From Terrimicrobiaceae bacterium (GTDB lineage Bacteria; Verrucomicrobiota; Verrucomicrobiia; Chthoniobacterales; Terrimicrobiaceae): a DNA stretch of 64,000 bases. The stretch's first letter is position 1; every line of letters starts with the position of its first letter. Below are positions 38,191 to 47,867 of the stretch, in pieces. Both the position numbers and the translations under genes were made by a program. The notes below the pieces were generated by a model that had not been told where the DNA came from, made no database searches, and was given only the letters and a program-made list of their open reading frames with translations. The DNA lies in the NCBI GenBank assembly GCA_041752695.1, contig JBGSVZ010000101.1:17856-81855 (forward strand), given 5' to 3'.

Positions 38191-39590
38191 AACGCGTAGA
38201 GGACTTTTTCGAACGGCTCACCCATGGCCAGACTGATCACCCGCCAGACGAGCAGCCCGCAGAATACGCCCTGCACGGTGAGGAAAAGAATGTTGGCCAC
38301 CCGGGAATTCGCGGCCGCCCGAAGTTGATCGGCCCCTTGCGCGATCATCCAGAGCGTGGGCAGGAAAAGGGTGAGGATAAAACGATGGCCCGGTCCGGTC
38401 GGAAGGTACCAGCCCATGGCGAGAACATAGACCGCAAAGGTGGTGGCCCAGAGGAGCAAAGGCAGAGCCACCGGGCCGATTTTGGAAAGCCCACCGCCCA
38501 CCGCTGCAAATCCCGCCATGGCCAGGGCAAGCACCGTCAGGCCGCCAATGTACATCCCGCGGTGGGGCAGCACCACCCGGCGGGGTTTGCCTTTTTTCTC
38601 CACGAGTTTTTTGCCTTCCGGATGGAAAAACTGACCAAGGCGGACCAAGGCGCCATGGCGGGCCCGTTCGATGGCATCGCCCACACTGTGCCGTTTGAAA
38701 TATCCGGCGACGGTGGGCTGCAGTTCCGGCGGAAGTTTGGCCAGCGTTTCCTTACGGCAATCGTAATAAATCCGCTTGCAGGTCTCCCAATCATCCGCCC
38801 AGAACCAGAAGCTCGGCAGGCTGTAGGTGGCGCTGCCCCAGGTGCGCTGGGCATGAAGCAACCGTGGGGCGATGAGCGTGCCGTAAATCGCTCCACAAAG
38901 CACAGCGCCAATGACGAGACGACGTGGCGACCAACCGGACGCCGCCAGCGGCCAGGGCAGCTGGGGAAAGCGGCTCAGGACCAGTCGGATGATCGTGAAG
39001 ACGGCAAACAACCCGAGGAAAGGCGTGGCCGACGGTTTCGCCAGCCAGGTGAGGCCCGCGAGCAATCCCAGCAAGGCGTAGAGCCAGACCGGATTGTGGT
39101 TCAGCAACCGCATCGCGCAGGCGCAGACCAAGAGGAACAGGACGTAAAAAATAGCCTCCGCTCCAAAGAAGGTCGAGATGGGCAGCAGGACCGCGAGGGC
39201 AGCGAGGGTGGTCGCATTGAAGGCGGCCAGCGGTCCCATGCGGCGGGCGAAAAAGATCCCGAGTAACCCCGTGCCGCAAACGCCGAGCAGGACGTTCAGT
39301 TTTTTTCCTGCGACAAAAAAACCGGGATCTTGGGGGTTGTGGAACCGGGAAGCGATCCAGGGGAAGAGCGGGTTCCGGGTGCCGTCCGTATACCACGGAT
39401 GCCACGACTCCTTCATCTGCCGGGCCATGTGCGAATACGCGCTCTGGTCGAAATCGTCTTCGTTGGCGTTGGTCTCGTTGGTGATGCGGAAGCCGATAAT
39501 CGCCAGAACAACACACAAAATCGCGATGGCCGCGGCATAGCCGAAGGCGGTGGCGGGACGCCAGGGACCGAGGAAATAACGTTCAGGCAC
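38187..39590 (-). CDS. Polytopic membrane protein, GT-C-like
   Basis: DFDQSAY acidic loop, RNPLFPW, GLTWLAK; many TM helices. Confidence 0.6.
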   Translation of the reverse strand: MPERYFLGPWRPATAFGYAAAIAILCVVLAIIGFRITNETNANEDDFDQSAYSHMARQMKESWHPWYTDGTRNPLFPWIASRFHNPQDPGFFVAGKKLNVLLGVCGTGLLGIFFARRMGPLAAFNATTLAALAVLLPISTFFGAEAIFYVLFLLVCACAMRLLNHNPVWLYALLGLLAGLTWLAKPSATPFLGLFAVFTIIRLVLSRFPQLPWPLAASGWSPRRLVIGAVLCGAIYGTLIAPRLLHAQRTWGSATYSLPSFWFWADDWETCKRIYYDCRKETLAKLPPELQPTVAGYFKRHSVGDAIERARHGALVRLGQFFHPEGKKLVEKKGKPRRVVLPHRGMYIGGLTVLALAMAGFAAVGGGLSKIGPVALPLLLWATTFAVYVLAMGWYLPTGPGHRFILTLFLPTLWMIAQGADQLRAAANSRVANILFLTVQGVFCGLLVWRVISLAMGEPFEKVLYAF

Positions 39591-41226
39591 GACGAAAGTT
39601 GCGATAGGCTAGGACAAGGGAGCAGGCAAGGACAGTGACAAAAAACACCAGCATCGCCGCCAGAGAAAAAAGCAACAGCGGCCCGTAGCTGCCCCGGTAG
39701 CGGGAATTGTCCAAGGCATGAACCATGGCGACAGTGAGGGCATTGCCAAACGGAGCACTGTAAAAAACCAGCACCACCAAACCGGGGAGACGGAAAGTGG
39801 CCAGCGGCTTCCAGAGCAAAACGATCGCCAGGCTGACGAGAAACCCCCCGACCAGCCAGGGGGCGAGGCTTTTGTTTTTGCTCAGAAAATTCCGTGCGCC
39901 CTTGGAAATTTCCAGTTGGTCCGGGGTGGCCGTGCGTCCCTTGGCGGCGTCGAGGTAGGTTTGGAAGATGCTGCGGGTTTTTGGGTTCCATCGTTCGTCC
40001 GGCGCTGTAGGCAGGGTGGAAACGACGTATTGATAGATGCCATCGAGTTCGATGCGTTTTCGGAAAAACGTTCCGTCGTCCGGTCGGAAAAAATACTCCA
40101 TCTGCCAGAGAACCTTCCGGGCATAAAGGAGGGGCTCGCGCCGGAGCGCAGAGAGGAAGCTGCCTTTGCAGAAAACGGCGAGGTCCGCGGGCGTCATCTC
40201 GTTTTTCTCGCGCAGGGTGGGGAAGAGTTTCGCGCGGTACATGAGGTAGTCGGGATCAAAGCCCAGCCGCGTGTAGTAAATTTTTTCGTTCTTCGCGTCG
40301 GTCATCTCCCGGTCCAGCACCGGAAGAAAGTCGGCGAGGAAGGCTCGCCGCACCTCCGGGGTTTCGGGAGCCAGCAACTCCCCGCTCATGCTCTCCCGGA
40401 TGATATCCGCATGGATGGTAAACAGGGTCATCGGCAACACGACGCGCGTGGCGGTTGAACGCTGAAACAGCAGTTTGTCGGGCAGCCAGAGAAAAAGAAA
40501 AACAAGCACAAACCCCGCGGTGGGTGTCGCCAGACGATGCCGCCGGGGCAGGCCCGAGCCGAAGAGCCCGAAGAAGACCGGCAGGGTGGTCGCGGGAACG
40601 GCCAGGAGCCAGTTGGGTTTGAGGACATACATGGCCACCGCGAGCAGGATCGACAAAGCCCCCGCGACCGTGGCGGGAACCGGACGCGGCTGGTGCCAAC
40701 GGTATCGGCAATAAAGCGTGATGGTCAGGAGTTGACCAAATGCCACGAAAGGCATGATGGCCTCCGGACGGATGGCCATCTCCAGAGCGCGCGTGATGGG
40801 ATTGGAAAGGTAAAGGCTGATTACCATCAGACCGATCCCGGTCGCACCAATCTCGAGGAGGAGATTTTTCGGAAACAAAGCGACCCACGAGCGCCAAGTC
40901 AGCCAGAGCAGAACGGCTGCCGTGAGACCAAGGATTTGCTGGAGAACAATGTATCCTCCGAACGAACCGGTGAGCCGCAACGCCCCGGCGATGAAAGCGC
41001 CGTAGAGCCATTCGCGCTCGTATTCTTCGCGAAACCCGAGGTCCCCGATCCAGCCCAGAGCCGGCTTGAGCCAGCCCCAACTGTCCCACTCGGAGATGGC
41101 CACTGGCTCGACGGTGAAACGCAGTCGGGCCGCAGCGATGAGCAAAACAGCCAACACCACCCAGCCAATGATGGTGGGGAGACGATGCAGCCAGGCGGGC
41201 AAACGTTCGAGGGACGGAATCTTCAC
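39583..41226 (-). CDS. Polytopic membrane protein, GT-C-like
   Basis: WDSWGW loop, IRPE, LKP, DNSRY; many TM helices. Confidence 0.6.
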   Translation of the reverse strand: MKIPSLERLPAWLHRLPTIIGWVVLAVLLIAAARLRFTVEPVAISEWDSWGWLKPALGWIGDLGFREEYEREWLYGAFIAGALRLTGSFGGYIVLQQILGLTAAVLLWLTWRSWVALFPKNLLLEIGATGIGLMVISLYLSNPITRALEMAIRPEAIMPFVAFGQLLTITLYCRYRWHQPRPVPATVAGALSILLAVAMYVLKPNWLLAVPATTLPVFFGLFGSGLPRRHRLATPTAGFVLVFLFLWLPDKLLFQRSTATRVVLPMTLFTIHADIIRESMSGELLAPETPEVRRAFLADFLPVLDREMTDAKNEKIYYTRLGFDPDYLMYRAKLFPTLREKNEMTPADLAVFCKGSFLSALRREPLLYARKVLWQMEYFFRPDDGTFFRKRIELDGIYQYVVSTLPTAPDERWNPKTRSIFQTYLDAAKGRTATPDQLEISKGARNFLSKNKSLAPWLVGGFLVSLAIVLLWKPLATFRLPGLVVLVFYSAPFGNALTVAMVHALDNSRYRGSYGPLLLFSLAAMLVFFVTVLACSLVLAYRNFRRA

Positions 41227-41285
41227 AGCCTAAAGGCTGGACTCCAAGGAGCCGCCTCCGGGTTGGAGTCCAGCCTTTAGGCTGT
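41225..41285. repeat. Inverted pair of REP-like repeats (REPIN-like hairpin)
   Basis: ACAGCCTAAAGGCTGGACTCCAA, a short spacer, then TTGGAGTCCAGCCTTTAGGCTGT. Confidence 0.9.
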
Positions 41286-41333
41286 TCTTTTTTTTAGGAT
41301 CAAGAACGACAACGACGCGCAAAACAGCCCCTT

Positions 41334-41870
41334 CTAGTTCGGCATCAAGCTGAGTCCCTTGAGCGTGGACTCGTCGAAACGCCCGGTCTGCCGGAAACGC
41401 GCATCCTGCTGCCAGGCCTTGAGCGAGACGACGAGGGAACTATTCACCTGACCATCGATCGGACCCGAATAAAACCCCAGAAGTTTGAGATTCTTCTGAG
41501 CCTGCCGGATCGTGGCAATCTGCACATCCGTGGGTGCGGTGATATAGGGGCCGCCTTTAAAGATATCCGCGATGGCGACATATTGGGGAACGGGCGGCGC
41601 GGACGGAGCGGAGGCGGACCGGGAGGCGGGGGCCGCGATGCCCAAACTCTTGAGCGTCTGGGGAGTCAGTTCGCCGGTAACCTTGAGATTTTCCGCAACC
41701 TGATAACGCCGGATGGCTGCTGCGGTCTGACTGCCATACTGGCCGTCAGCCGTGCCGTCGTAGTAGCCCAGACGTTGCAGCTTTTTCTGAGCGGAGAGGA
41801 TCGCGTCGTCCGCCAGACAGGCGGACGACGCAAAAACCATAAGAACAAAAAGGCGAAGGAGTTTTCTCAT
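41334..41870 (-). CDS. Exported protein with two peptidoglycan-binding (PG_binding_1) domains
   Basis: AQKKLQRLGYYDGTADGQYGSQTAAAIRRYQ and AQKNLKLLGFYSGPIDG; signal peptide. Confidence 0.9.
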   Translation of the reverse strand: MRKLLRLFVLMVFASSACLADDAILSAQKKLQRLGYYDGTADGQYGSQTAAAIRRYQVAENLKVTGELTPQTLKSLGIAAPASRSASAPSAPPVPQYVAIADIFKGGPYITAPTDVQIATIRQAQKNLKLLGFYSGPIDGQVNSSLVVSLKAWQQDARFRQTGRFDESTLKGLSLMPN

Positions 41871-41945
41871 CAGAAAGGCGTAGCCAGTGGCCCGCCTCCC
41901 TGCAAGCCGCACGTTGACGGCTTGCTCGCCTGTTCTTGGGAAACG

Positions 41946-42221
41946 TTATTTGATGTGCTGAGAGACGAGCTTCGTCATCTCGAACATCGTGACCTGCTTC
42001 TTGCCGCCGAAGACGGCCTTGAGAGCCTCATCCGCGTTGATGTTGGTCTTTTTCTTTTCGTCCTGAAGGCCGTTCTTTTTGATGTAATCCCAAAGTTTTT
42101 TGGTGATTTCGCTGCGCGGGATGGGCTTGGATCCGACGATCGGAGCAAGCACTTCATCGGGCTGCACGGGTTTCATCAGGGCGGGGTTCGGTTTGCGGGC
42201 GGGTTTTTTTTCTGTAGGCAC
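41946..42221 (-). CDS. SWIB/MDM2 domain protein
   Basis: PRSEITKKLWDYIKKNGLQD..INAD..VTMFEM. Confidence 0.92.
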   Translation of the reverse strand: MPTEKKPARKPNPALMKPVQPDEVLAPIVGSKPIPRSEITKKLWDYIKKNGLQDEKKKTNINADEALKAVFGGKKQVTMFEMTKLVSQHIK

Positions 42222-42290
42222 TTTGTAGGTGTTCTGGTGAATTTTTTCTGCGGACCGGCTCTTGCCGATCCCTCTTGCAGATTCCCTCCC

Positions 42291-43484
42291 TTAAGCAATC
42301 GGCCCGGTTTGTTCCAGAACTATCGCAGGGGAGGGAAAAAAGTTTCTTCGGTCGGAAAACGCGATTTGTCTCCAAAAATTGCGCGAGACGTTGAAGCGGA
42401 ACTCCAGAACGTCGCCGTCCTGCACAACGTATTCCGTGCCTTCGACGCGCAGTTTTCCGGCTTCCCGGGCCTTGGCCTCCGAGCCGTAGGTGATGAGATC
42501 CTGGAAAGCGATCGTCTGTGCGGCGATGAATCCGCGTTCAAAATCCGAATGGATGACACCCGCCGCTGCGGGGGCTTTGTCGCCCGCCAGAATGGTCCAG
42601 GCGCGGGTTTCCTTGGGTCCGGTCGTGAGATAAGTCCGCAGGCCAAGGAGATGATAAACGGCACGAATGAGCAGGCTCACGCCGCTATCTTCCACCCCGA
42701 GACCGGCAAGAAATTCCCGGGCCTCCTCGGGGGGCAGCTCGGCGAGTTCGCTTTCAATCTGCGCACTGATCACCACGGCTTCGCTGCCCATGTGGCTGGC
42801 GGCATATTCCCGCACGGCGCGGATGTGGCCGTTGTCGGCGTTGGCCAGTTCGTTCTCCCCGACATTGCAGGCAAAGATGACGGGCTTGCTGGTGAGGAGG
42901 AAAAATTCCTTCAATGTTTTTTTCTCGTCGTCGGAAAGATCGGCGGTGAGGGCAGGTTTACCGCTGTCGAGATGGGGGAGAATTTTTTCCGCCAGGGCAA
43001 TCTCCGCCTTCGCCGTCTTATCGCCGGCCCGCGCGCCTTTCTGCAGCCGCTCGGCGCGTTTTTTCAGTCCGGCCATGTCGGCGAGGATGAGTTCCGTAGT
43101 GATCACCTCGATGTCGCGCACCGGATCGACTGACCCTGTCACATGGTGGATGTCCTCGCTTTCGAAACACCGCACCACCTGGACAATGGCATCCACTTCG
43201 CGAATGTGGCTGAGAAATTGATTTCCCAATCCCTCACCCTCGCTCGCCCCTTTGACGAGACCGGCGATGTCCACAAACTCGATGGCGGTGAAAATGATTT
43301 TTTCCGACCCTGAGATTTTCGCCAGGGCGTCGAGGCGGGAGTCCGGCACGCTGACGATGCCCACATTGGGCTCGATGGTGCAGAAGGGAAAGTTGGCCGC
43401 CTGCGCCTTGCGGGTGCGGGTGACGGCGTTGAAGAGGGTGGACTTGCCGACGTTGGGCAAGCCGACGATTCCGGCTTTAAGCAT
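42291..43484 (-). CDS. ychF: Ribosome-binding ATPase YchF
   Basis: GLPNVGKS, NFPFCTIEPN, DIAGLVKGASEGEGLGN, C-terminal FRFNV. Confidence 0.96.
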   Translation of the reverse strand: MLKAGIVGLPNVGKSTLFNAVTRTRKAQAANFPFCTIEPNVGIVSVPDSRLDALAKISGSEKIIFTAIEFVDIAGLVKGASEGEGLGNQFLSHIREVDAIVQVVRCFESEDIHHVTGSVDPVRDIEVITTELILADMAGLKKRAERLQKGARAGDKTAKAEIALAEKILPHLDSGKPALTADLSDDEKKTLKEFFLLTSKPVIFACNVGENELANADNGHIRAVREYAASHMGSEAVVISAQIESELAELPPEEAREFLAGLGVEDSGVSLLIRAVYHLLGLRTYLTTGPKETRAWTILAGDKAPAAAGVIHSDFERGFIAAQTIAFQDLITYGSEAKAREAGKLRVEGTEYVVQDGDVLEFRFNVSRNFWRQIAFSDRRNFFPSPAIVLEQTGPIA

Positions 43485-43663
43485 CCGCAGGGTCTAGGGC
43501 CGCACCGGCCCCGGTGTCAAATCCCCGCTGCGGTCGTCGCTCCCGAGTTTGGTGGCCGCCCCCACCGTTTGGCCCCTGACCGCGCCATCAGGCGGCGCTA
43601 TTTCCAAGCCGCTCCCCGGGGTTCCGCCGAAAGGGGAGTGATGAAAATAGAAACCCTCCTCCG

Positions 43664-43924
43664 ATGACCAATCCCACTGAACATTCTGAAGGCAAGGTCG
43701 CACGTGCGATTGAAGAACAGACCGCGAAACTCCCCTCCGATACTTTTCTCTGGGCGGCCGGAGGAGCGATCGTCGCATCTCTGGGCCTGAAGCTCGCCGG
43801 TCAGAACGACAAATCCCTTTTCGTCGGCCAGTGGGTCCCCACTTTGCTGATCCTCGGGGTTTACAACAAGCTGGTGAAGCAACTCGGTTCCGATCGGGTG
43901 GATGCGGCGGCCACGAACTCCTAA
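43664..43924 (+). CDS. Small conserved hypothetical membrane protein
   Basis: EGKVARAIEEQTAKLPSDTFLWAA..FVGQWVPTLLILGVYNKLVK; coding-like codon usage. Confidence 0.75.
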   Translation: MTNPTEHSEGKVARAIEEQTAKLPSDTFLWAAGGAIVASLGLKLAGQNDKSLFVGQWVPTLLILGVYNKLVKQLGSDRVDAAATNS

Positions 43925-43939
43925 AAGGCACCGCCCACC

Positions 43940-44188
43940 ATGAATATCATCGTTATGCTGGTTATCGGCCTCGTCGTCGGGGCCATTGCCAAACTTCTGA
44001 TGCCGGGCCGGGATCCGGGCGGCTGGATTATCACCATTCTTCTCGGTATTGCGGGATCGTTTGTCGCCGGCTTTCTTGGCAGAAGCCTCGGCTGGTACCA
44101 AGAGGGTCAGTCGGTTGGCTTTCTGGCGTCAATCGTCGGAGCGATTATCCTGCTGCTGATCTACCGGCTCTTTGCGCGGAAGGCCTGA
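43940..44188 (+). CDS. GlsB/YeaQ/YmgE family membrane protein
   Basis: IGLVVGAIAKLLMPG..TILLGIAGSFV..SIVGAIILL. Confidence 0.9.
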   Translation: MNIIVMLVIGLVVGAIAKLLMPGRDPGGWIITILLGIAGSFVAGFLGRSLGWYQEGQSVGFLASIVGAIILLLIYRLFARKA

Positions 44189-44221
44189 AGGAGTTGGCAA
44201 CACCTTGATTGTTGCTGAGGC

Positions 44222-45244
44222 ATGACCGTCGAGCATTCTCCCGAAAACGCCGCAACGTTGGCGGATTGGAAGGCTGTCGTTCGCAAATACCAACAGCCTT
44301 CGCTTCGGCGGGGGCTGTGGCAAATTTTCAATAGCGTTGGCGGCTATATCGCCACGTGGGTCCTGTTGTACGTTGCGGTGCCACTTTCGCCATGGCTGGC
44401 CGTTCCGCTCATTCTCTTAGGCGGTGGCTTAATGGTCCGGATGTTCATCATCTTTCATGACTGTACGCACGGCTCGTTTTTCCGAACTCGGAAGGCAAAT
44501 GACGCGATAGGGTTTTTGATCGGAGTGTTGGTTTTTACTCCGTATTCTTTATGGAGGAAAGAACACGCGCTGCATCACAGCACGGCCGCGGATCTGGACC
44601 GGCGGGGATTTGGCGACGTTCCAACCATGACCGTGGAGGAATACCGCGCCGCCTCGCGATGGAAGCAATTGGGTTACCGATTGGTTCGTCATCCCCTGGT
44701 CCTTTTCGGGATCGGCCCAATCCTGATGTTTCTGATCAAACATCGCCTCCCTTTTTCGCCGGCGGTCTCGCAAAGGGAGCGCAACGCGGTGCATTTTACG
44801 AATCTGGCTCTGGCCGGGCTGGCTTTGGGAATGAGCCAGATATTTGGCTTTTTTCCCTACCTGCTCCTCCAAGTGGCGATCCTCGCGATCGCCGCCTCGT
44901 GGGGCACGTGGCTGTTTTACGTGCAGCATCAGTTCGAAGGCGTTTACTGGGAGCGTAAGGATAAGTGGACGTTCGTGGAGGCTGCCCTCCAGGGGAGCTC
45001 GTTCTATAAGCTGCCGCGAGTGCTGCAGTGGTTTTCCGGCAACATCGGATACCACCATATTCACCACTTGAGTTCCCGAATCCCGAACTATCACCTCGAG
45101 CGATGCCACAACGCGGAGCCCATGTTCCAAGCGGTCAAGCCGGTCACATTTTGGGCGAGCCTCGATGCCCTCAGTTTTCGTCTGTGGGATGAGGCGGAAC
45201 ACCGCCTGGTGGGTTTCGGGGCGGTGAGGGGATTATCGCTCTAA
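44222..45244 (+). CDS. Membrane fatty acid desaturase
   Basis: His boxes HDCTH, HALHH, HHIHH; YVQHQFE. Confidence 0.93.
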   Translation: MTVEHSPENAATLADWKAVVRKYQQPSLRRGLWQIFNSVGGYIATWVLLYVAVPLSPWLAVPLILLGGGLMVRMFIIFHDCTHGSFFRTRKANDAIGFLIGVLVFTPYSLWRKEHALHHSTAADLDRRGFGDVPTMTVEEYRAASRWKQLGYRLVRHPLVLFGIGPILMFLIKHRLPFSPAVSQRERNAVHFTNLALAGLALGMSQIFGFFPYLLLQVAILAIAASWGTWLFYVQHQFEGVYWERKDKWTFVEAALQGSSFYKLPRVLQWFSGNIGYHHIHHLSSRIPNYHLERCHNAEPMFQAVKPVTFWASLDALSFRLWDEAEHRLVGFGAVRGLSL

Positions 45245-45483
45245 ACGCCGCAGTATTATTCGAGCAGGATCGTGGGGCCAGTTGGTTCAGAACCCCGGAA
45301 ATAACATGCGGATACGCAAAACGGCATGAAAGCCTATATGCAGAAACGCGAACATTTTCCGCCGGGTAGGTCGTTTTGTATTTCAATGTTCTGTGCGTTC
45401 TGACGAAGAAAAGGGGCAAGCCGTCCCGCCCCTTTCCGCGGAAAACACTTTCCCACGTGCTCAGAGTGACTGATACTGAAAGG

Positions 45484-46224
45484 GTGGACCTTGCCCAACT
45501 CGTCAGCTATCTCGATGTCTACCTTTCGACACATGATATAAAAGACTACCACAACGCCATCAATGGTTTACAGGTAGAAAATACGAAAGAAATAGAAAAA
45601 CTATCCGTGGCCGTTGACGCCTGTGAAACGGTCCTCCGGCGAGCGATTGACGCGGGGAGCGACTTGCTGATCGTCCATCACGGTCTGTTTTGGAGCGGAG
45701 CTCTTCCGGTGACGGGAGTCTCCTTCCGCAAGCTCAAGCTCGCGCTGGATAACGGGTTGGCGGTCTACAGTTCGCATTTGCCGTTGGATGCACATTCGCA
45801 GCTAGGCAACAACGCATTGCTCGCGAACATGCTGGGATTTCCCGAGGATCGTGTTCCGTTCCTGGAGATTGGGTGTCAGGTGGAAATGGAGCTCCCCCTC
45901 ACCGAACTGCTCGCACGGACCGAAGAAGCCGTGGGTGGGAGGGTTCATCTGGCCCCGGGGGGGCCGCAGGTTTGTCGGAAAATCGGTCTCGTGACGGGCG
46001 GCGCGGGCGGGGATATTTTTAAAGCGGCGGCGGCCGGAGTGGACACATTTATCACGGGCGAGGGGCCGCATTGGAGTTATACCGCAGCGGAGGAGCTGGG
46101 GGTGAACCTCCTGTATGCGGGGCATTACGCCACGGAAACCTTCGGAGTGAAAGCGCTCGGCCGGCATCTGGAGGAAAAGTTCGGGCTGCCGTGGGAGTTC
46201 ATTGATCACCCCACCGGGTTGTAG
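45484..46224 (+). CDS. Nif3-like dinuclear metal center protein
   Basis: NGLQVE, VHHGLFW, HLPLDAH, GHYATE; GTG start. Confidence 0.92.
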   Translation: MDLAQLVSYLDVYLSTHDIKDYHNAINGLQVENTKEIEKLSVAVDACETVLRRAIDAGSDLLIVHHGLFWSGALPVTGVSFRKLKLALDNGLAVYSSHLPLDAHSQLGNNALLANMLGFPEDRVPFLEIGCQVEMELPLTELLARTEEAVGGRVHLAPGGPQVCRKIGLVTGGAGGDIFKAAAAGVDTFITGEGPHWSYTAAEELGVNLLYAGHYATETFGVKALGRHLEEKFGLPWEFIDHPTGL

Positions 46225-46227
46225 GGC

Positions 46228-46815
46228 GTGCTGAGTCGGGAGTTTTTTCAGACCGATCCGGTGGACTGTGCCCGGAAACTGGTGGGCTGTCGGCTCCAGT
46301 GGGGCGAGCGCAGCGGCATTGTGGTGGAAACCGAGGCCTATGACGCCGAGGGGGATGAGGCCTGCCACACCTGGGCGAGGCCAAGTGCGCGGGATTTTGT
46401 CGCGACGCACCGGGAGGGAGCGGCCTACGTGTATTTCAATTACGGCATGCACTGGATGCTAAACGTCCTGGTGAAAGGCCGGCGTTCCGGGTTTGTCCTC
46501 ATTCGCGCCTTGGAGCCGCTGGAGGGAATCGACGGGATGCGAAAGGCCCGCGGGCGGATGGACCTGCGGGAACTGTGTTCTGGCCCAGGCAAGCTGGCGC
46601 GGGCTCTGGGGGTGACCGGGGCTGATCATGGACGCGATTTTTGCGCGAAAGAGGAGTTGGCCTTTCACCGGACCGGATCGGCAGTCGCCGTGGACGTGTC
46701 CCCGCGCGTTGGGATCCGCAAAGCGGTGGAGTTCCCCTGGCGTTTTTTTCTCCCGGGCAACCCGCACGTGAGCGCCCACCCGAAGGGCTGGAAGCCCGGG
46801 CGGGGCTGGCAGTGA
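46228..46815 (+). CDS. mpg: DNA-3-methyladenine glycosylase (Mpg/AAG type)
   Basis: IVVETEAY, YVYFNYGMHW, VLIRALEP, SGPGKL, PRVGI. Confidence 0.92.
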   Translation: MLSREFFQTDPVDCARKLVGCRLQWGERSGIVVETEAYDAEGDEACHTWARPSARDFVATHREGAAYVYFNYGMHWMLNVLVKGRRSGFVLIRALEPLEGIDGMRKARGRMDLRELCSGPGKLARALGVTGADHGRDFCAKEELAFHRTGSAVAVDVSPRVGIRKAVEFPWRFFLPGNPHVSAHPKGWKPGRGWQ

Positions 46816-47127
46816 GTCGAACCGCGCTGCTTTTGCTTGGCAGAGGCATAAAATTCGCGAATCCAGATTGACCGGGAGGGCCGGGGAAGGCGTAATCCAA
46901 GGCGGTAGCCCATGAGTCCCCCCAATTGCCCCAAACCCGGAACCGTTCCGTTTTCTTTGCTTGTCCCTTGATGGTGTCACGCCGCTTTTGCGAGGGATCA
47001 GATCCCCTCAGTTTCTCGTTCTTGCCAAACCCATTGGGTTTGAGTTTCTTGCAGCCTCCCAAACGCCTCGGCGAGGCCTCGATTTTGCGCGGCCTCCGGG
47101 TTTCCCGGCTGGACAAAAAATTGTAAC

Positions 47128-47865
47128 ATGCGCATTGCGTTCATCAGTGATATCCACGGCAATCTGGCCGCCCTAGAGGCAGTATTTGAGGATATTGATC
47201 GCCATGGAATTGAGACCATTGTCTGTCTCGGCGACATCATCGGCTACGGGCCCGACCCCGCCGCGTGCGTACGCGAGGTGAGTGCCCGCTGCCTGGTGAG
47301 TGTGATGGGAAACCACGAGGCTATGCTGGTCTATGCGGGCTTGGACGCCCTTGAGGGCATGCCGGAAGGAGTCGTTGCGCCCTTGAGGCTGGCCAGCGAG
47401 CAGTTGTCTCCCGAGCAATTGGAATGGTTGAACCAGATGCCGTTGGTGGCCGGTCTGGACCCAGTAACTGCTGTACATGGCCGGCTGGATGATCCCGAGC
47501 GGTTCGAGTATCTTTTTTCGCAAAAGGACGCGGAGAAGAATTTCGTCGTCCAGAAAAACCCCGTCTGCGTGCAGGGTCATTCTCATGTTCCGGTGCTTTG
47601 GGAAAAGTCGGAGCGCGGAACGTTCTGTTATTCGCAGGCGCTTGTTCCCGTGAGGCTCTCTTCGCGGTCCAAGTATGTGGTCAATGTGGGCAGTGTCGGG
47701 CAGCCCCGCGATGGCAATCCCGAGGCGTGTTATTTGATCTATGATGTCGCAGAGCGCGGGATCAATCATCGGCGGATCACCTACGACATTGGCACAACGC
47801 AGCGCCGTATCCGGGAGGCAGGCCTGCCGGAGGGAAACGCCCGCCGCATTGCGGAAGGGCTCTGA
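47128..47865 (+). CDS. Calcineurin-like metallophosphoesterase
   Basis: SDIHGN, GDIIGYG, GNHE, GHSH, NVGSVGQPRDG. Confidence 0.92.
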   Translation: MRIAFISDIHGNLAALEAVFEDIDRHGIETIVCLGDIIGYGPDPAACVREVSARCLVSVMGNHEAMLVYAGLDALEGMPEGVVAPLRLASEQLSPEQLEWLNQMPLVAGLDPVTAVHGRLDDPERFEYLFSQKDAEKNFVVQKNPVCVQGHSHVPVLWEKSERGTFCYSQALVPVRLSSRSKYVVNVGSVGQPRDGNPEACYLIYDVAERGINHRRITYDIGTTQRRIREAGLPEGNARRIAEGL

Positions 47866-47867
47866 CT

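Noticed and set aside
46816..47127. 310-bp gap with small hairpins (GAGGGATC/GATCCCCTC, AAACCCA-T-TGGGTTT) and weak ORFs
   Set aside because: No recognisable RNA family or protein; evidence is insufficient.
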